Origin: an uncultured Gemmatimonadales bacterium
GTDB taxonomy: Bacteria; Gemmatimonadota; Gemmatimonadetes; Longimicrobiales; RSA9
Reading direction: 5' to 3'
DNA: 64,000 nucleotides
Assembly: GCA_963798085.1 (NCBI GenBank)
Contig: CAWCRS010000009.1
Span: forward strand, 224,001 to 288,000
Shown here: positions 37,812-47,574 of the stretch, in pieces
Position numbering within the stretch: position 1 is the stretch's first letter
Layout: each line of letters starts with the position of its first letter
Made by a program: the position numbers and the translations under genes
The notes under the pieces: model-generated
What the model was told of the DNA's origin: nothing
The model's input: the letters and a program-made list of their open reading frames with translations, nothing else
Databases searched by the model: none

Positions 37812-38662
37812 GCGACCGGTCGCGTCGAGCCGGCATGTTCATTCCCGCAGCGCAGCTGCCGGATGGTTTCGTGGACCAGCTGCACGAGTCGAGCGCGCAT
37901 CCGGTGCAGCCCAGGCCGGCGGCGACGGTCGTGCTCATGCGCGACGGCGAGGCGGGTCCCGAAGTGCTGCTCCAGCGGCGCACGCGCAACGTGGGTTTCG
38001 TGCCGGGCGCCTGGGTCTTTCCTGGTGGGCGGGTCGACGCCGCGGATGGCGATCCCGCGCTCTGGACAGGTCAGAGCCCGCCGCTGGAACCGGCACCGGA
38101 GTACTGGGCGGCCGCGCTGCGCGAGCTGTTCGAGGAAGCCGGTATCCTGCTGGCGCAGAACGAGCGCGGCGAGTACGCTCCTGACACACGCGATGCCGCG
38201 ATGAACGAGTCACGCGCCGCACTGCTCGCGAATCGCGTGACCCTGCACCGTGTACTGGAGGAGCGCCGACTGCGCATCGCACTCGAGCCGATGGTCTATT
38301 TTTCTCACTGGATCACACCGCTACCCGAGCCCCGTCGCTACGACACGCGTTTCTTCCTCGCCGCGCTGCCGCCTGGCCGCACGGCCACGGCGAACGTGCA
38401 TGAGACCAGCGCCAGCGCCTGGCTCACGCCGGCCGCCGCGCTGCAGCAGTTCGCCGATGGACGCCTGCCGATGGTGTTTCCCACGGTGCGCACGCTCGAG
38501 GGCCTGGCCGGATTCGCTCACGTAAACGCGGCGCTGCAGGCTCTGCGCGGCCGATCGGTGACACCGGTGCTGCCCCGGCTCGTGCGCACCATCGAGGGCG
38601 TTTCGCTGCTGGTGGATGAGGCTTCTGCTGGAGGGAACGAGGAGGATCATGACGGAGCGTAG
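37808..38662 (+). CDS. NUDIX hydrolase
   Basis: PRPAATVVL..VFPGGRVD..AALRELFEEAG..HWITP..RRYDTRFF. Confidence 0.9.
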   Translation: MSDRSRRAGMFIPAAQLPDGFVDQLHESSAHPVQPRPAATVVLMRDGEAGPEVLLQRRTRNVGFVPGAWVFPGGRVDAADGDPALWTGQSPPLEPAPEYWAAALRELFEEAGILLAQNERGEYAPDTRDAAMNESRAALLANRVTLHRVLEERRLRIALEPMVYFSHWITPLPEPRRYDTRFFLAALPPGRTATANVHETSASAWLTPAAALQQFADGRLPMVFPTVRTLEGLAGFAHVNAALQALRGRSVTPVLPRLVRTIEGVSLLVDEASAGGNEEDHDGA

Positions 38663-40109
38663 GCCCGCGACGGTGGGCGAGTTGAAGAAGAGCGGTTATC
38701 AGCCGCGATCCGTGAAGGATGAGCTGCGCATCAACCTGATCTGCCGACTGCGCCGCGGCGACGCACTCTTCCCCGGCATCGTCGGCTACGAAGACACGGT
38801 GATTCCACAGATCATCAATGCACTGCTGGCGCGGCAGAACTTCATTCTGCTGGGTCTGCGCGGACAGGCGAAGAGCCGCATCATCCGGCAGCTTGCCGAC
38901 CTGCTGGATGCCGAGACGCCGATCATTGCGGGCAGTGAGATCAACGACGATCCGCTGCAGCCCATCTCGAAGCATGCGCGCATGCTGCTCGAGGAGATGG
39001 GTGACGAAGCGCCCATCGCCTGGGTGCCGCGCGATGCGCGCTTCGTCGAGAAGCTGGCCACGCCGGATGTGACGATCGCCGACATCATCGGTGATGTCGA
39101 TCCCATTCGCGCCGCGCGCGGCGGCCATGTGCTCGCCGATGAGCTGACCATCCATTACGGGCTGCTGCCGCGCGCCAACCGCGGCATTTTCGCGCTCAAC
39201 GAGTTGCCCGACCTGGCTGGCAAGATCCAGGTGGGCCTCTTCAACATCATGCAGGAAGGCGACATCCAGATCAAAGGCTACCCGGTGCGACTGCCGCTCG
39301 ATGTGCTGCTCGTTTTCACCGCGAATCCGGAAGACTACACGGCGAGAGGCAAGATCATTACGCCGCTCAAGGACCGCATCGGTGCGGAGGTGATGACGCA
39401 CTACCCGGAAGGCATCGAGGCAGGCGTGCGCATCACTGCACAGGAAGCCTGGCTGGCGCGTGACACGGACGGCGCACCCATCATCATTCCGGAATTCGTG
39501 GCCGAGACGATTGAGCGCGTGGCTTTCCTGGCGCGCAAGGACAAGCGCGTGGACCAGCGCTCCGGTGTGAGTCAGCGCATGCCCATCAGCGTGCTGGAGA
39601 ACGCGGTCTCCAACGCCGAACGGCGCGCGCTCTCCTGCCGCGAAACGGAAATCGTGCCTCGCCCGTCGGACATTTACGCCGCACTGCCCTCGATCACCGG
39701 CAAGATCGAGCTGGAGTACGAGGGCGAACTGATCGGTGCGGACAAGATCGCGCGCGAGCTGGTCAGCTCGGCCGCCGGCGAAACCTTCTCGGCATGGGGG
39801 GGCGAAGCCGCAGCCGATCCGCTGGAGGAAGTCGTCGATTACTTCGAGCGCGGCGGCGTGCTGCAGGTGGGTGATACGGCCAGCGGTCCGGCATCGCTCG
39901 AGGGCTTCCAGACGGTGCCCGGACTCCTCGATGCGGTGGACCGCGTGGGCTGGCGCAAGGCGGATTCGCCCGGCTGGACCGTCGCCGCATGTGAAATGGT
40001 GCTGGAAGCGCTCGTTGCGGAACGACGCATCTCGCGCAGCGAGGGCGGCAACTACGGCCGCGCGCCGCGCCGAGGTCCGTCGCCCGGCAAGCCACCGTTC
40101 GACGTGTGA
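38649..40109 (+). CDS. Mg-chelatase subunit I-like AAA+ ATPase
   Basis: GIVGYEDTVIPQ, GLRGQAKS Walker A, PRANRGIFALNELPDL, TANPEDYTARG. Confidence 0.88.
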   Translation: MTERRPATVGELKKSGYQPRSVKDELRINLICRLRRGDALFPGIVGYEDTVIPQIINALLARQNFILLGLRGQAKSRIIRQLADLLDAETPIIAGSEINDDPLQPISKHARMLLEEMGDEAPIAWVPRDARFVEKLATPDVTIADIIGDVDPIRAARGGHVLADELTIHYGLLPRANRGIFALNELPDLAGKIQVGLFNIMQEGDIQIKGYPVRLPLDVLLVFTANPEDYTARGKIITPLKDRIGAEVMTHYPEGIEAGVRITAQEAWLARDTDGAPIIIPEFVAETIERVAFLARKDKRVDQRSGVSQRMPISVLENAVSNAERRALSCRETEIVPRPSDIYAALPSITGKIELEYEGELIGADKIARELVSSAAGETFSAWGGEAAADPLEEVVDYFERGGVLQVGDTASGPASLEGFQTVPGLLDAVDRVGWRKADSPGWTVAACEMVLEALVAERRISRSEGGNYGRAPRRGPSPGKPPFDV

Positions 40110-40159
40110 ACGAAAGCGGCGGCGCCAGCGCGCCACCGCCATCACGCGCGGCTCTCCAG

Positions 40160-40200
40160 GCGCCGGCGGAACGCGAGTGTTCCGCCGGCGCTTTTCATTT
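40160..40200 (+). terminator. Intrinsic terminator after the AAA gene
   Basis: GCGCCGGCGGAAC-GCGAGT-GTTCCGCCGGCGC followed by TTTTCATTT. Confidence 0.85.
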
Positions 40201-40269
40201 CGCGACGCTGCGTTTGACGGCTGCGGATTTCGCCACCCGTCCTGTGAAGCCTGCAACGAGAGTGGCGCG

Positions 40270-41649
40270 CTACTCGTGTTCGTGCTGCGCAGGCATGCTC
40301 CTGCGCTGCGCAGCGGCGGGACGGAGTGAAGCGAACAGGGCGAAGCCGGGCGCGCGCTCGCGACCATAGATGTCGGCGATCTGCGTGGGCACGAAGCTGA
40401 GCGATGCACGCCCGCCGATGCCCGCCTCCGCGCTGCCCATGCGCACGCGCAGCTGATAGCCGGCCGACAATTCCGCAACACGCAGGCGCCGCGGGTTCGC
40501 AATGTGGTCGTGGGAGCCGTCCTCGTGCTCGATGATGGTGATGCGCGGATCATCGCGCTGCGCGTACTCGGCGCGCGCGAAGAACGTGTGGCGCATAGTT
40601 GGCGACAGCGCGGTCTCGAACAGCGCGGCACTGAGCGGCAGGAAGCCGTCGTGCATGTGCGCGGCGCCCACGGTCGTAGCCCACTGTCCCTCTCCCAGTG
40701 GCTGGTTCTGCGATGCGCTGAGCGTGATCATGCGCAGGGTGCTGCCCGCGCCCGGATAATGCGACACCGTGCTGTGGATACGGCCAGCCGAAGCCTGCAG
40801 CGACCAGTGCGCCGCAGGATTGTACGAGAGGCGGGCGGACTGCGAATGCAGCGGCGCGAGAGATGGCGCGAAGCGGTCGCCGTTCACGGGTTCGCCATTG
40901 AAGATGGAGCCTTCCAGCTTCCAGCGGCTCGCCACCAGGCCGGCCGTGACCACACCATCGGCGACGTGTGCGGGATTCAGCTCGTGGTCGGTAATGGGCG
41001 ATACCGGATCGAACGCGGCCGAGGCCCTGTGCACGGAGGAGACGGGTCCGAGGGCGGGTTCGCCGGCCAGGCCGCCGTAGAGCAGCAGGCCCAGCCGCCC
41101 GCTAACAGGTTGTTCCCAGCGCGCGGCCAGTTCCATGAGCGGCGGATGCGGGTGCTGGTACTCGCGCACGCCATCCGTGGAGCAGAGCGGGCCCGCCGAA
41201 AAGAGCAGGGGATAGCCGCAGCTTCCCAGGGTCAGCGTTTCCATGCTGCCCATGGCCGTCAGGGCGAGCGAACCGCCCAGCGCTGCGCGGCTGGCGCCCA
41301 GCATGAGCCAGTTGGCGCTGCCCAGCCGGGCGCTGCCCTTCGTCGAAGTTTCGCGCACGTATCCGAAGAACACGGAGCCGTGCAGCATCAGCTGCCAGCC
41401 ACCCAGGCGGCCATGCAGCGCATCCATGGGCGTGGCATCGGGCTGCCAGCTGGTGCCCGAAGCCAGGCGGGTCGCCGGGGTGGTGGACTCACGACTGGCG
41501 CCGTTCTGAGCCAGCTGCGCCCGCAGCGGCGGCGGCAGAAACAGCAGCGCCGCGGCCGGGATGACGCCGCCTGCGGAGACCCGCAGCGTCAGCCGGACCA
41601 CGGCGCCGCGCAGCGTGCCGCGGCAGCGCCGGCTGCCGCGCTGCATCAT
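40270..41649 (-). CDS. Hypothetical exported protein, probable outer-membrane beta-barrel
   Basis: Signal peptide; SGTSWQPDATPM, QHPHPPLMELA, GEPALGP; amphipathic strands; His-rich loop and tail. Confidence 0.65.
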   Translation of the reverse strand: MMQRGSRRCRGTLRGAVVRLTLRVSAGGVIPAAALLFLPPPLRAQLAQNGASRESTTPATRLASGTSWQPDATPMDALHGRLGGWQLMLHGSVFFGYVRETSTKGSARLGSANWLMLGASRAALGGSLALTAMGSMETLTLGSCGYPLLFSAGPLCSTDGVREYQHPHPPLMELAARWEQPVSGRLGLLLYGGLAGEPALGPVSSVHRASAAFDPVSPITDHELNPAHVADGVVTAGLVASRWKLEGSIFNGEPVNGDRFAPSLAPLHSQSARLSYNPAAHWSLQASAGRIHSTVSHYPGAGSTLRMITLSASQNQPLGEGQWATTVGAAHMHDGFLPLSAALFETALSPTMRHTFFARAEYAQRDDPRITIIEHEDGSHDHIANPRRLRVAELSAGYQLRVRMGSAEAGIGGRASLSFVPTQIADIYGRERAPGFALFASLRPAAAQRRSMPAQHEHE

Positions 41650-41655
41650 GGCCGG

Positions 41656-42150
41656 CTACCTGGTCACGACCTGGCCGCGGATCTCGCCCGCCGCATTGGT
41701 CACCGTGTGATAGTTGACGTACGCATGGCCGTTGCGCAGCAGCGTCAACACGGAGTCCACCGTGACGCCGGTCTTGATGGTGAAGCTGCTGGAGGGAAAC
41801 GTACCGCTGCTCAACACGCCGTTAGTCACGTTGACGCCCGGCGCCGCCGCCGCGAACAGCGTCACCAGCACGCCCACGGCCGTGTTGCTGTCAGCCGGGC
41901 CGTGGATGTGCGCCGCCGTGGCGCCGGTCAGGTTGGTCGCGTTCAGCGTGAAGGTCACGGTGCCATCGGCATTGTTGGTGAAGGTGGCCGTGCCGGTGGC
42001 GTTGCTGTTGATGGCGGTGGGCTTCTCGTTGGCGCCGTTCAGCGTGGCCGTGAACTGCTCCTTCGCCGGCTCCGTGTTGCTGTCCTTGCAGCCGAGTGAG
42101 AACGCGACCAGGCTGGTGAGCAGCGCGGAAAGCAGGGGACGATGCGACAT
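41656..42150 (-). CDS. CHRD-domain lipoprotein
   Basis: SLGC lipobox; LNGANEKP..ATGTA..AAHIHG..YVNYHT..GEIRGQV. Confidence 0.9.
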   Translation of the reverse strand: MSHRPLLSALLTSLVAFSLGCKDSNTEPAKEQFTATLNGANEKPTAINSNATGTATFTNNADGTVTFTLNATNLTGATAAHIHGPADSNTAVGVLVTLFAAAAPGVNVTNGVLSSGTFPSSSFTIKTGVTVDSVLTLLRNGHAYVNYHTVTNAAGEIRGQVVTR

Positions 42151-42195
42151 GAAGTCTCTCCTGTGAGCGATGGTCAAGAATGGGCGGGCATTGGC

Positions 42196-42675
42196 CTACT
42201 CCACCACGACGACGCCGCGCATGAACTGCGCATGAGGAATGCAGTGATAGTCGTAGCGACCGGGCTGACTGAACACGAAGCTGAAGATGGAGCCGGTCGT
42301 GAGCGAAGGTGAGTTCCACAGCCCTGTGTCCGAGGTGGTGGTGTGCGCGTCGATGCTGGACACCTCGCAGTCCACCCAGGTGACGCGCGTACCGGCGGGC
42401 ACGTGCAGCTCCTCCGGATGAAAGGCGAAATCCTTGAGCGCCACCACGGCGCCGACCGCGCCGATGACCGGGGAGTCGAGACGGAGCCGGCAGTCGCCGG
42501 CGGCGGGACCGACGACAGCGCCGGGCTGATCGGAAAAGCAGCCGAGCAGCAGTGTGGCGATGCCGGTGAAGGCGAGCAGCACGCCGGTAGTCCATGGCCG
42601 CCGCGTGTGCAGGCGGTACCTCGCCCGCTGCGGGCAAGGGCGGGTCGAGCAGAGATGACGCAGGGGCTGATCCAT
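42196..42675 (-). CDS. Cupredoxin (plastocyanin/amicyanin-like) putative lipoprotein; start uncertain
   Basis: LLGC lipobox; AFHPEELHVPAGTRVTW, HTTT, YDYHCIPHAQFMRG (H, C, H, M type-1 copper ligands). Confidence 0.88.
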   Translation of the reverse strand: MDQPLRHLCSTRPCPQRARYRLHTRRPWTTGVLLAFTGIATLLLGCFSDQPGAVVGPAAGDCRLRLDSPVIGAVGAVVALKDFAFHPEELHVPAGTRVTWVDCEVSSIDAHTTTSDTGLWNSPSLTTGSIFSFVFSQPGRYDYHCIPHAQFMRGVVVVE

Positions 42676-43223
42676 GAGTGCGTTGTCGACTGTTCCAGTA
42701 CAGTATTCGCCGTGCGACGCGTTGCCGTGCACGACAACGCGTGCATGGTGCGGCCTCGCGGGACTGGTCATCACAAACGTGCGAACCACGAAAACCTGAC
42801 TCCGCATTTCCACCCGACCACGCGGGTAACGCGGGGGACGCTGACCGCGAGCCCCTGTAATCCCTGGTTAGGGGGCGCGCCTGCGGCGGAACCGTGCGCG
42901 TCAGCACGCGCGGAGCGTCGGGCAACGACGATCAGTCTGGAAAGCGTGTACGGCGAAGTGCCGCACCGGAGAATCCGTCCACCGTGATATGACCGTGCAC
43001 ACGCGAGGGCGCAGCACCGCGTCGCGCGCGGCAGAGATGGACGGACGGCGCCAAAAGGCACGTCGGCCGCAGTGAAGAACGTTCGAGAGAATGCGAAGCT
43101 GACTGTGTGGCGCGGGCCGCATGAAAACGCGGCGCCTGTCAAGGTCGCGCGGACCGTCTCGACCGCATACTCTTCCGGGGCGCAAGGCGGCGGCTCGCAA
43201 CCGTTCCGGAGGGGAGGTCGACG

Positions 43224-43802
43224 ATGACGCCTGACGATTCACACCGCAGACCGCATCGCACCGAATACTACATGGGCATTGCCATCGCCGTGCGGCGGCG
43301 GGCGAACTGCATTGGCAACCGCGTGGGCGCGGTGCTGGTGCGCGAGGATCGCATCATCTCGACCGGCTACAACGGCACGCCGCAGCACATGCGCAACTGC
43401 GATGAGGGCGGGTGCGAGCGCTGCGCCAACCGCGATCGCTACCCGTCGGCGACGAGCTACGACCTCTGCATCTGCGTGCACGCCGAGCAGAATGCGCTGC
43501 TGAGCGCGGCGCGCTTCGGCATTCCAGTGGAAGGCTCCGTGCTGTACACCACGCTGCGGCCGTGCTTCAACTGCGCGAAGGAGCTGCTGCAGGCGAGGGT
43601 GCACGCGGTGTATTACCTGCACGACTGGAAGCCGCCGGCCGATGATCTGGGCCAGCAGTATCAGCTCCTGGAGCAGCGCTTTCCGGGTGGCGTGGCAAAG
43701 ATCGACATGGCGGATGCGGATGCGACGTGGGCGCTGTCGTCACTGCGCGAAGCCGGGAGCGGCGGCCCGGCAGCTTCGCCGGCGGATGCAAAGTCAGGAT
43801 GA
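43224..43802 (+). CDS. dCMP deaminase family protein
   Basis: ISTGYNGTP, CVHAEQNA, PCFNC zinc motifs. Confidence 0.92.
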   Translation: MTPDDSHRRPHRTEYYMGIAIAVRRRANCIGNRVGAVLVREDRIISTGYNGTPQHMRNCDEGGCERCANRDRYPSATSYDLCICVHAEQNALLSAARFGIPVEGSVLYTTLRPCFNCAKELLQARVHAVYYLHDWKPPADDLGQQYQLLEQRFPGGVAKIDMADADATWALSSLREAGSGGPAASPADAKSG

Positions 43803-43834
43803 CGGCGCGTCGTCGCCTGAAGTGAGATGGCGAG

Positions 43835-44254
43835 TCAGTGCGGCCAGGCCTTCAGGATGAGCAGCACCAGCGCACCGACGAGGGCGAGGAAGATGGCCTG
43901 GCTCAGGATTCGGCGCACCGCATGCGGACCGAACAGACCGGAGCCGGTGCGATCACCGTTGCGGAATGCGAGCGTGAAGTGCGTCTCGACGGGCACCGGT
44001 CGATTGCCGAAGCCCACGGTTTCGAGGGACTGATCCACGAGCGCGCGGTCTTCCGGTGAGAGCTGGCGGGAATCCGTGAACACCCGTGTCTGAAAGCCGG
44101 TTCGCCACGGTCCTTTTTCCAGCAGGTCCGGCACGCCGTTGCCGTTACGATCCTGCATCAGGTTCATGGCTTCCTGAAACCGTGCACGCACGTCGGCCGG
44201 CATCTCATCCGGACTGGCGTACTCGACGCCATTGAAAACGATCGCAGGCTTCAT
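43835..44254 (-). CDS. Small hypothetical protein with a C-terminal TM helix
   Basis: MKPAIVFNGVEYASPDEMP..DRNGNGVPD..; AGGGAGG RBS; hydrophobic C-terminus. Confidence 0.65.
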   Translation of the reverse strand: MKPAIVFNGVEYASPDEMPADVRARFQEAMNLMQDRNGNGVPDLLEKGPWRTGFQTRVFTDSRQLSPEDRALVDQSLETVGFGNRPVPVETHFTLAFRNGDRTGSGLFGPHAVRRILSQAIFLALVGALVLLILKAWPH

Positions 44255-44320
44255 GGGTCCATTCCTCCCTGTCGAAGGATCGGTCCTGCCGGGCGCGCGC
44301 ATGAGTTGCGGTGAGGCCGC

Positions 44321-44803
44321 GTGACGGCGCCGCGGCGCAGTGCCGGGCTGCTGCTGTACCGCTGGGGCAGGGACGGGCCGGAGGTGCTGCTGGCGCACCC
44401 CGGCGGCCCGTTCTGGGCGAAAAAGGATGCCGGCGCCTGGACCATACCCAAAGGGGAGCTGAAGCCGGATGAAGATGCGCTTGCCGCCGCGCGCCGCGAA
44501 TTCGAGGAGGAGACTGGCATCCGCGCGAGCGGTCCGTTCCTGGATCTGGGCGAGATCCGGCAGAAGGCGGGCAAGGTCGTGCAGGCATGGGCTTCGGGGG
44601 GCGACGCCGATCCCGCACGCATCGTCTCGAATACCGTGCGACTGGAGTGGCCGCGCGGCTCCGGCCGCTGGCTGGAGTTCCCGGAAATCGATCGCGGCGC
44701 CTGGTTCGGCATGGCGGAGGCAAAGCGCAGGATCAATCCCGCCCAGGCGCTGTTTCTCGATCGGCTGGCCGAGCGAATCGGCGAAGGCGGCGAGGGCGCA
44801 TAG
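44321..44803 (+). CDS. NUDIX-family predicted NTP pyrophosphohydrolase
   Basis: SAGLLLYR..HPGGPFW..WTIPKGE..AARREFEEETG..EWPRGSG..FPEIDR. Confidence 0.9.
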   Translation: MTAPRRSAGLLLYRWGRDGPEVLLAHPGGPFWAKKDAGAWTIPKGELKPDEDALAAARREFEEETGIRASGPFLDLGEIRQKAGKVVQAWASGGDADPARIVSNTVRLEWPRGSGRWLEFPEIDRGAWFGMAEAKRRINPAQALFLDRLAERIGEGGEGA

Positions 44804-45063
44804 TAGCAGCGTCGTCGCCTGCCATCCGATTTCAGGCGACGACGCGCTGTCCGATTCCGGGACGGATACCGCCTGCGGCGAACGCACGGCCGCCTGCCCG
44901 GGGTTGCTTCCAATATGCCAAGATCAATGCACACAACGGCTTGACATTGCAGTCGCGGACGGCACGGCCCGTGCCCGAGGGGAAGCCACCGTGAGCAGGT
45001 TCGCGCGCGCCGTGCTGCGGCCGGCCCAGCCATTGGGCCGGGACCCGAGCTTCCGAGGAAATC

Positions 45064-47484
45064 ATGGACGCATTCCGGCAGGATCTGCGTTTCGCCTGGC
45101 GCACGCTGCTATCGCGGCGAGGCTTCACGCTCGTGGCTGTGCTGACGCTGGCGCTGGGGATCGGCGCGACGACCGCAATCTTCAGCGTGGTGCACGGCGT
45201 GCTGCTGCGGCCGTTGCCGTATGCACAGTCGGACCGGCTGGTGCACGTGTGGCAGTCGGCGAAGGACAGTCCGCCGGGCGAACGGCTGCTTTCGCATCCC
45301 AACTTCCAGGACGTGGGCGCCGAGGCACGCAGCATCGAGTCGATTTCGCAGGTCGATGGCGTCAACCTGACGGTGAGCGCGGATGGTGGCGCGGAGCTGG
45401 TGCGTGGTGGTGAGGTGAGCGACGGTTTCTTTCACGTCTTCCGCGCGCCGCTGCTGCTGGGTCGCGAGTTCACGGCACTGGAGGATCGGTACCAGGGTCC
45501 GCTGGTGGCCGTGATAAGCGAGGGTTATTGGCGCGAACGACTGGGCGCGCGCTCCGACGTGGTGGGCTCCACCATCCGCATCGGCGGCGCCGACCACGAG
45601 ATCGTGGGCGTGGTGCGGGCCGGATTCTCGTATCCCGATGACGCGAGGATCTGGGTGCCCGTGCAGAACAACGATGAAGGCTGCGGCCGCGGCTGCGTGA
45701 CGCACGTGGCGGTGGCGCGTCTGGCGGCGGGCGCAACGCTGGGGCAGGCGAATGCGGAACTCGCAGCGCTGCACGCGCGACTGGAGAAGGCATATCCGCG
45801 CTCCAGCGCGGGGGGCGCACTGGTCGCGGCTTCCATGCGCAGCGTCGTGGTGGGCGACGTGCAGCCGGCGCTGGTCATCGTGCTGGGCGCGGTGCTCATG
45901 GTGCTGCTGATCGCCTGCGCCAACGTGGCGAATCTGCAGCTGGTGCGGGGGAACGGGCGGGTCACGGAGATTGCGGTGCGGTCGACACTGGGTGCGAACC
46001 GGCGCCGGCTGCTGTCGCAGCTGCTGACGGAGAGCGCGCTGCTGGCGGTGCTGGGCGCAGTGGCGGGCGTGGCGCTGGCCGCGTGGGGCGTGGATGCGCT
46101 GCGCCGACTGGCGCCATCGGATATTCCGCGGCTGGATGAAGTGCGCCTGGACGCGATAACACTACTGTTTGCAAGCGCCCTGGCCGGTGCCAGCGCCCTG
46201 CTGTTCGGGCTGGCGCCCGCGCTGAACCTGTCGCGCGTCGAGCTGGCGACCGCGCTGCGGCGGGGCGGGCGAGGCGATGTGAACGCGGGCCGCAGCGGCG
46301 TGGGGCGGTCGGCGATCCTGGCGGCAGAGACCGCGCTCTCCGTGATCCTGCTGCTGGGTGCGGGTCTCATGGTGCGCAGCATGGTACGGCTGACACGCGT
46401 GCAACCCGGTTTCGACACGCGGGGGGTCATGCAGTTCCGCCTCTCGTTGCCGGACGCGCGCTACCCGACGCCGGACGATAACGTGCTGTTCATGGACCGC
46501 GTGCGGGAGGAGCTGTCGGCGGTGCCGGGCATCGACAGTGTGGGCATCATGGTGGCGGCGCCGCTCACCGGCATCTCGCTGCACGGCGGTTTCACGCGCA
46601 CGGACCAGCCTCCTCCCGAGCCCGGCAGGGGGCCGCAGATCAACTACCGGGTGACGGACGGGTACGGGGCTGCCATGCTGCACGTGCGCCTGCTCCAGGG
46701 GCGCGGCTTCAGCCCGGCGGACCGCCACGGCGGGCAAGGCGTTGCGCTGATCAGCCAGAGCACGGCGCAGCAGTACTTTCCGGGCGAGGACGCGGTGGGC
46801 AAGGTGATACAGCTGCACATCTCGACCGGCTACGAAGAGGACGCGCCGCGCACCATTGTGGGCGTGTTCGCGGATGTGCGCGCCGGCCGGCTCAGTGCCT
46901 CGCCGCAGCCGGAGTTGTGGATCCCCTACGCGCAGGCCGGCTCGAGCTTTCCTAACGTGCTGCTACGCGGCTCGCTGGGCCGGCGTGCGATGATCGAGAG
47001 TGCCCGCGGTGTGCTCCGCAGCCTGGACCCGGAGCTGCCGCTGATCCGGCCGGTGCCGCTCGATACCTTCGTTGCCGAACAGCTGGCGCAGCCGCGTTTC
47101 TATCTGCTGCTGCTGGGACTGTTCGCGGTACTGGCGGTGGCGCTGGCGGCGGTCGGCATCTTCGGCGTGGTGGCGTTCGCGGTGTCGCAGCGCACGCGCG
47201 AGATCGGGGTGCGCATTGCCCTGGGCGCGCGCATCGAGCAGGTGATCCGGCTGGTCATGCTGCAGGGGCTGCGCCCGGCCGTGGCGGGTGTCATCATCGG
47301 GTTGCTGGGTGGCCTTGCCGGCACACGCCTGATGCAGGCATTGCTCTATGACGTGGCGCCGCGCGATCCTGTGACGTTCGCGCTCGTGCCGCTGGTGCTG
47401 CTGGCCGTGGTCGGCCTGGCGTGTGCGCTGCCGGCAAGGCGAGCGACGCGCATTCCGCCCTCCGTGGCGCTGCGCTCCGAATGA
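45064..47484 (+). CDS. Duplicated orphan ABC permease (ADOP-like)
   Basis: QDLRFAWR..LTLALGIGATTAIFSVV..ACANVANL..REIGVRIALGA..ALRSE. Confidence 0.93.
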   Translation: MDAFRQDLRFAWRTLLSRRGFTLVAVLTLALGIGATTAIFSVVHGVLLRPLPYAQSDRLVHVWQSAKDSPPGERLLSHPNFQDVGAEARSIESISQVDGVNLTVSADGGAELVRGGEVSDGFFHVFRAPLLLGREFTALEDRYQGPLVAVISEGYWRERLGARSDVVGSTIRIGGADHEIVGVVRAGFSYPDDARIWVPVQNNDEGCGRGCVTHVAVARLAAGATLGQANAELAALHARLEKAYPRSSAGGALVAASMRSVVVGDVQPALVIVLGAVLMVLLIACANVANLQLVRGNGRVTEIAVRSTLGANRRRLLSQLLTESALLAVLGAVAGVALAAWGVDALRRLAPSDIPRLDEVRLDAITLLFASALAGASALLFGLAPALNLSRVELATALRRGGRGDVNAGRSGVGRSAILAAETALSVILLLGAGLMVRSMVRLTRVQPGFDTRGVMQFRLSLPDARYPTPDDNVLFMDRVREELSAVPGIDSVGIMVAAPLTGISLHGGFTRTDQPPPEPGRGPQINYRVTDGYGAAMLHVRLLQGRGFSPADRHGGQGVALISQSTAQQYFPGEDAVGKVIQLHISTGYEEDAPRTIVGVFADVRAGRLSASPQPELWIPYAQAGSSFPNVLLRGSLGRRAMIESARGVLRSLDPELPLIRPVPLDTFVAEQLAQPRFYLLLLGLFAVLAVALAAVGIFGVVAFAVSQRTREIGVRIALGARIEQVIRLVMLQGLRPAVAGVIIGLLGGLAGTRLMQALLYDVAPRDPVTFALVPLVLLAVVGLACALPARRATRIPPSVALRSE

Positions 47485-47574
47485 CCGGACCACGGCGGCG
47501 CGAGTCATGATCGCGCGTCGCAGTTCGTTGTGGGCGCAGGCTGAACGGCTGAATTATGCAATGAGGCGAATTCG

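Noticed and set aside
35535..40631. Long antisense or alternate-frame ORFs (e.g. 35535..37769 and 38424..40631, minus strand)
   Set aside because: They shadow well-supported genes in high-GC DNA and have no recognisable motifs.
42689..42706. ACTGT-N6-ACAGT upstream of the cupredoxin operon as a CueR/MerR operator
   Set aside because: Arms are only 5 bp and there is no convincing -35/-10 pair with a long spacer.
43224..43802. Deaminase as an anti-phage dCTP-depleting system
   Set aside because: Single domain of about 190 aa with no N-terminal kinase-like domain and no defence-island context.
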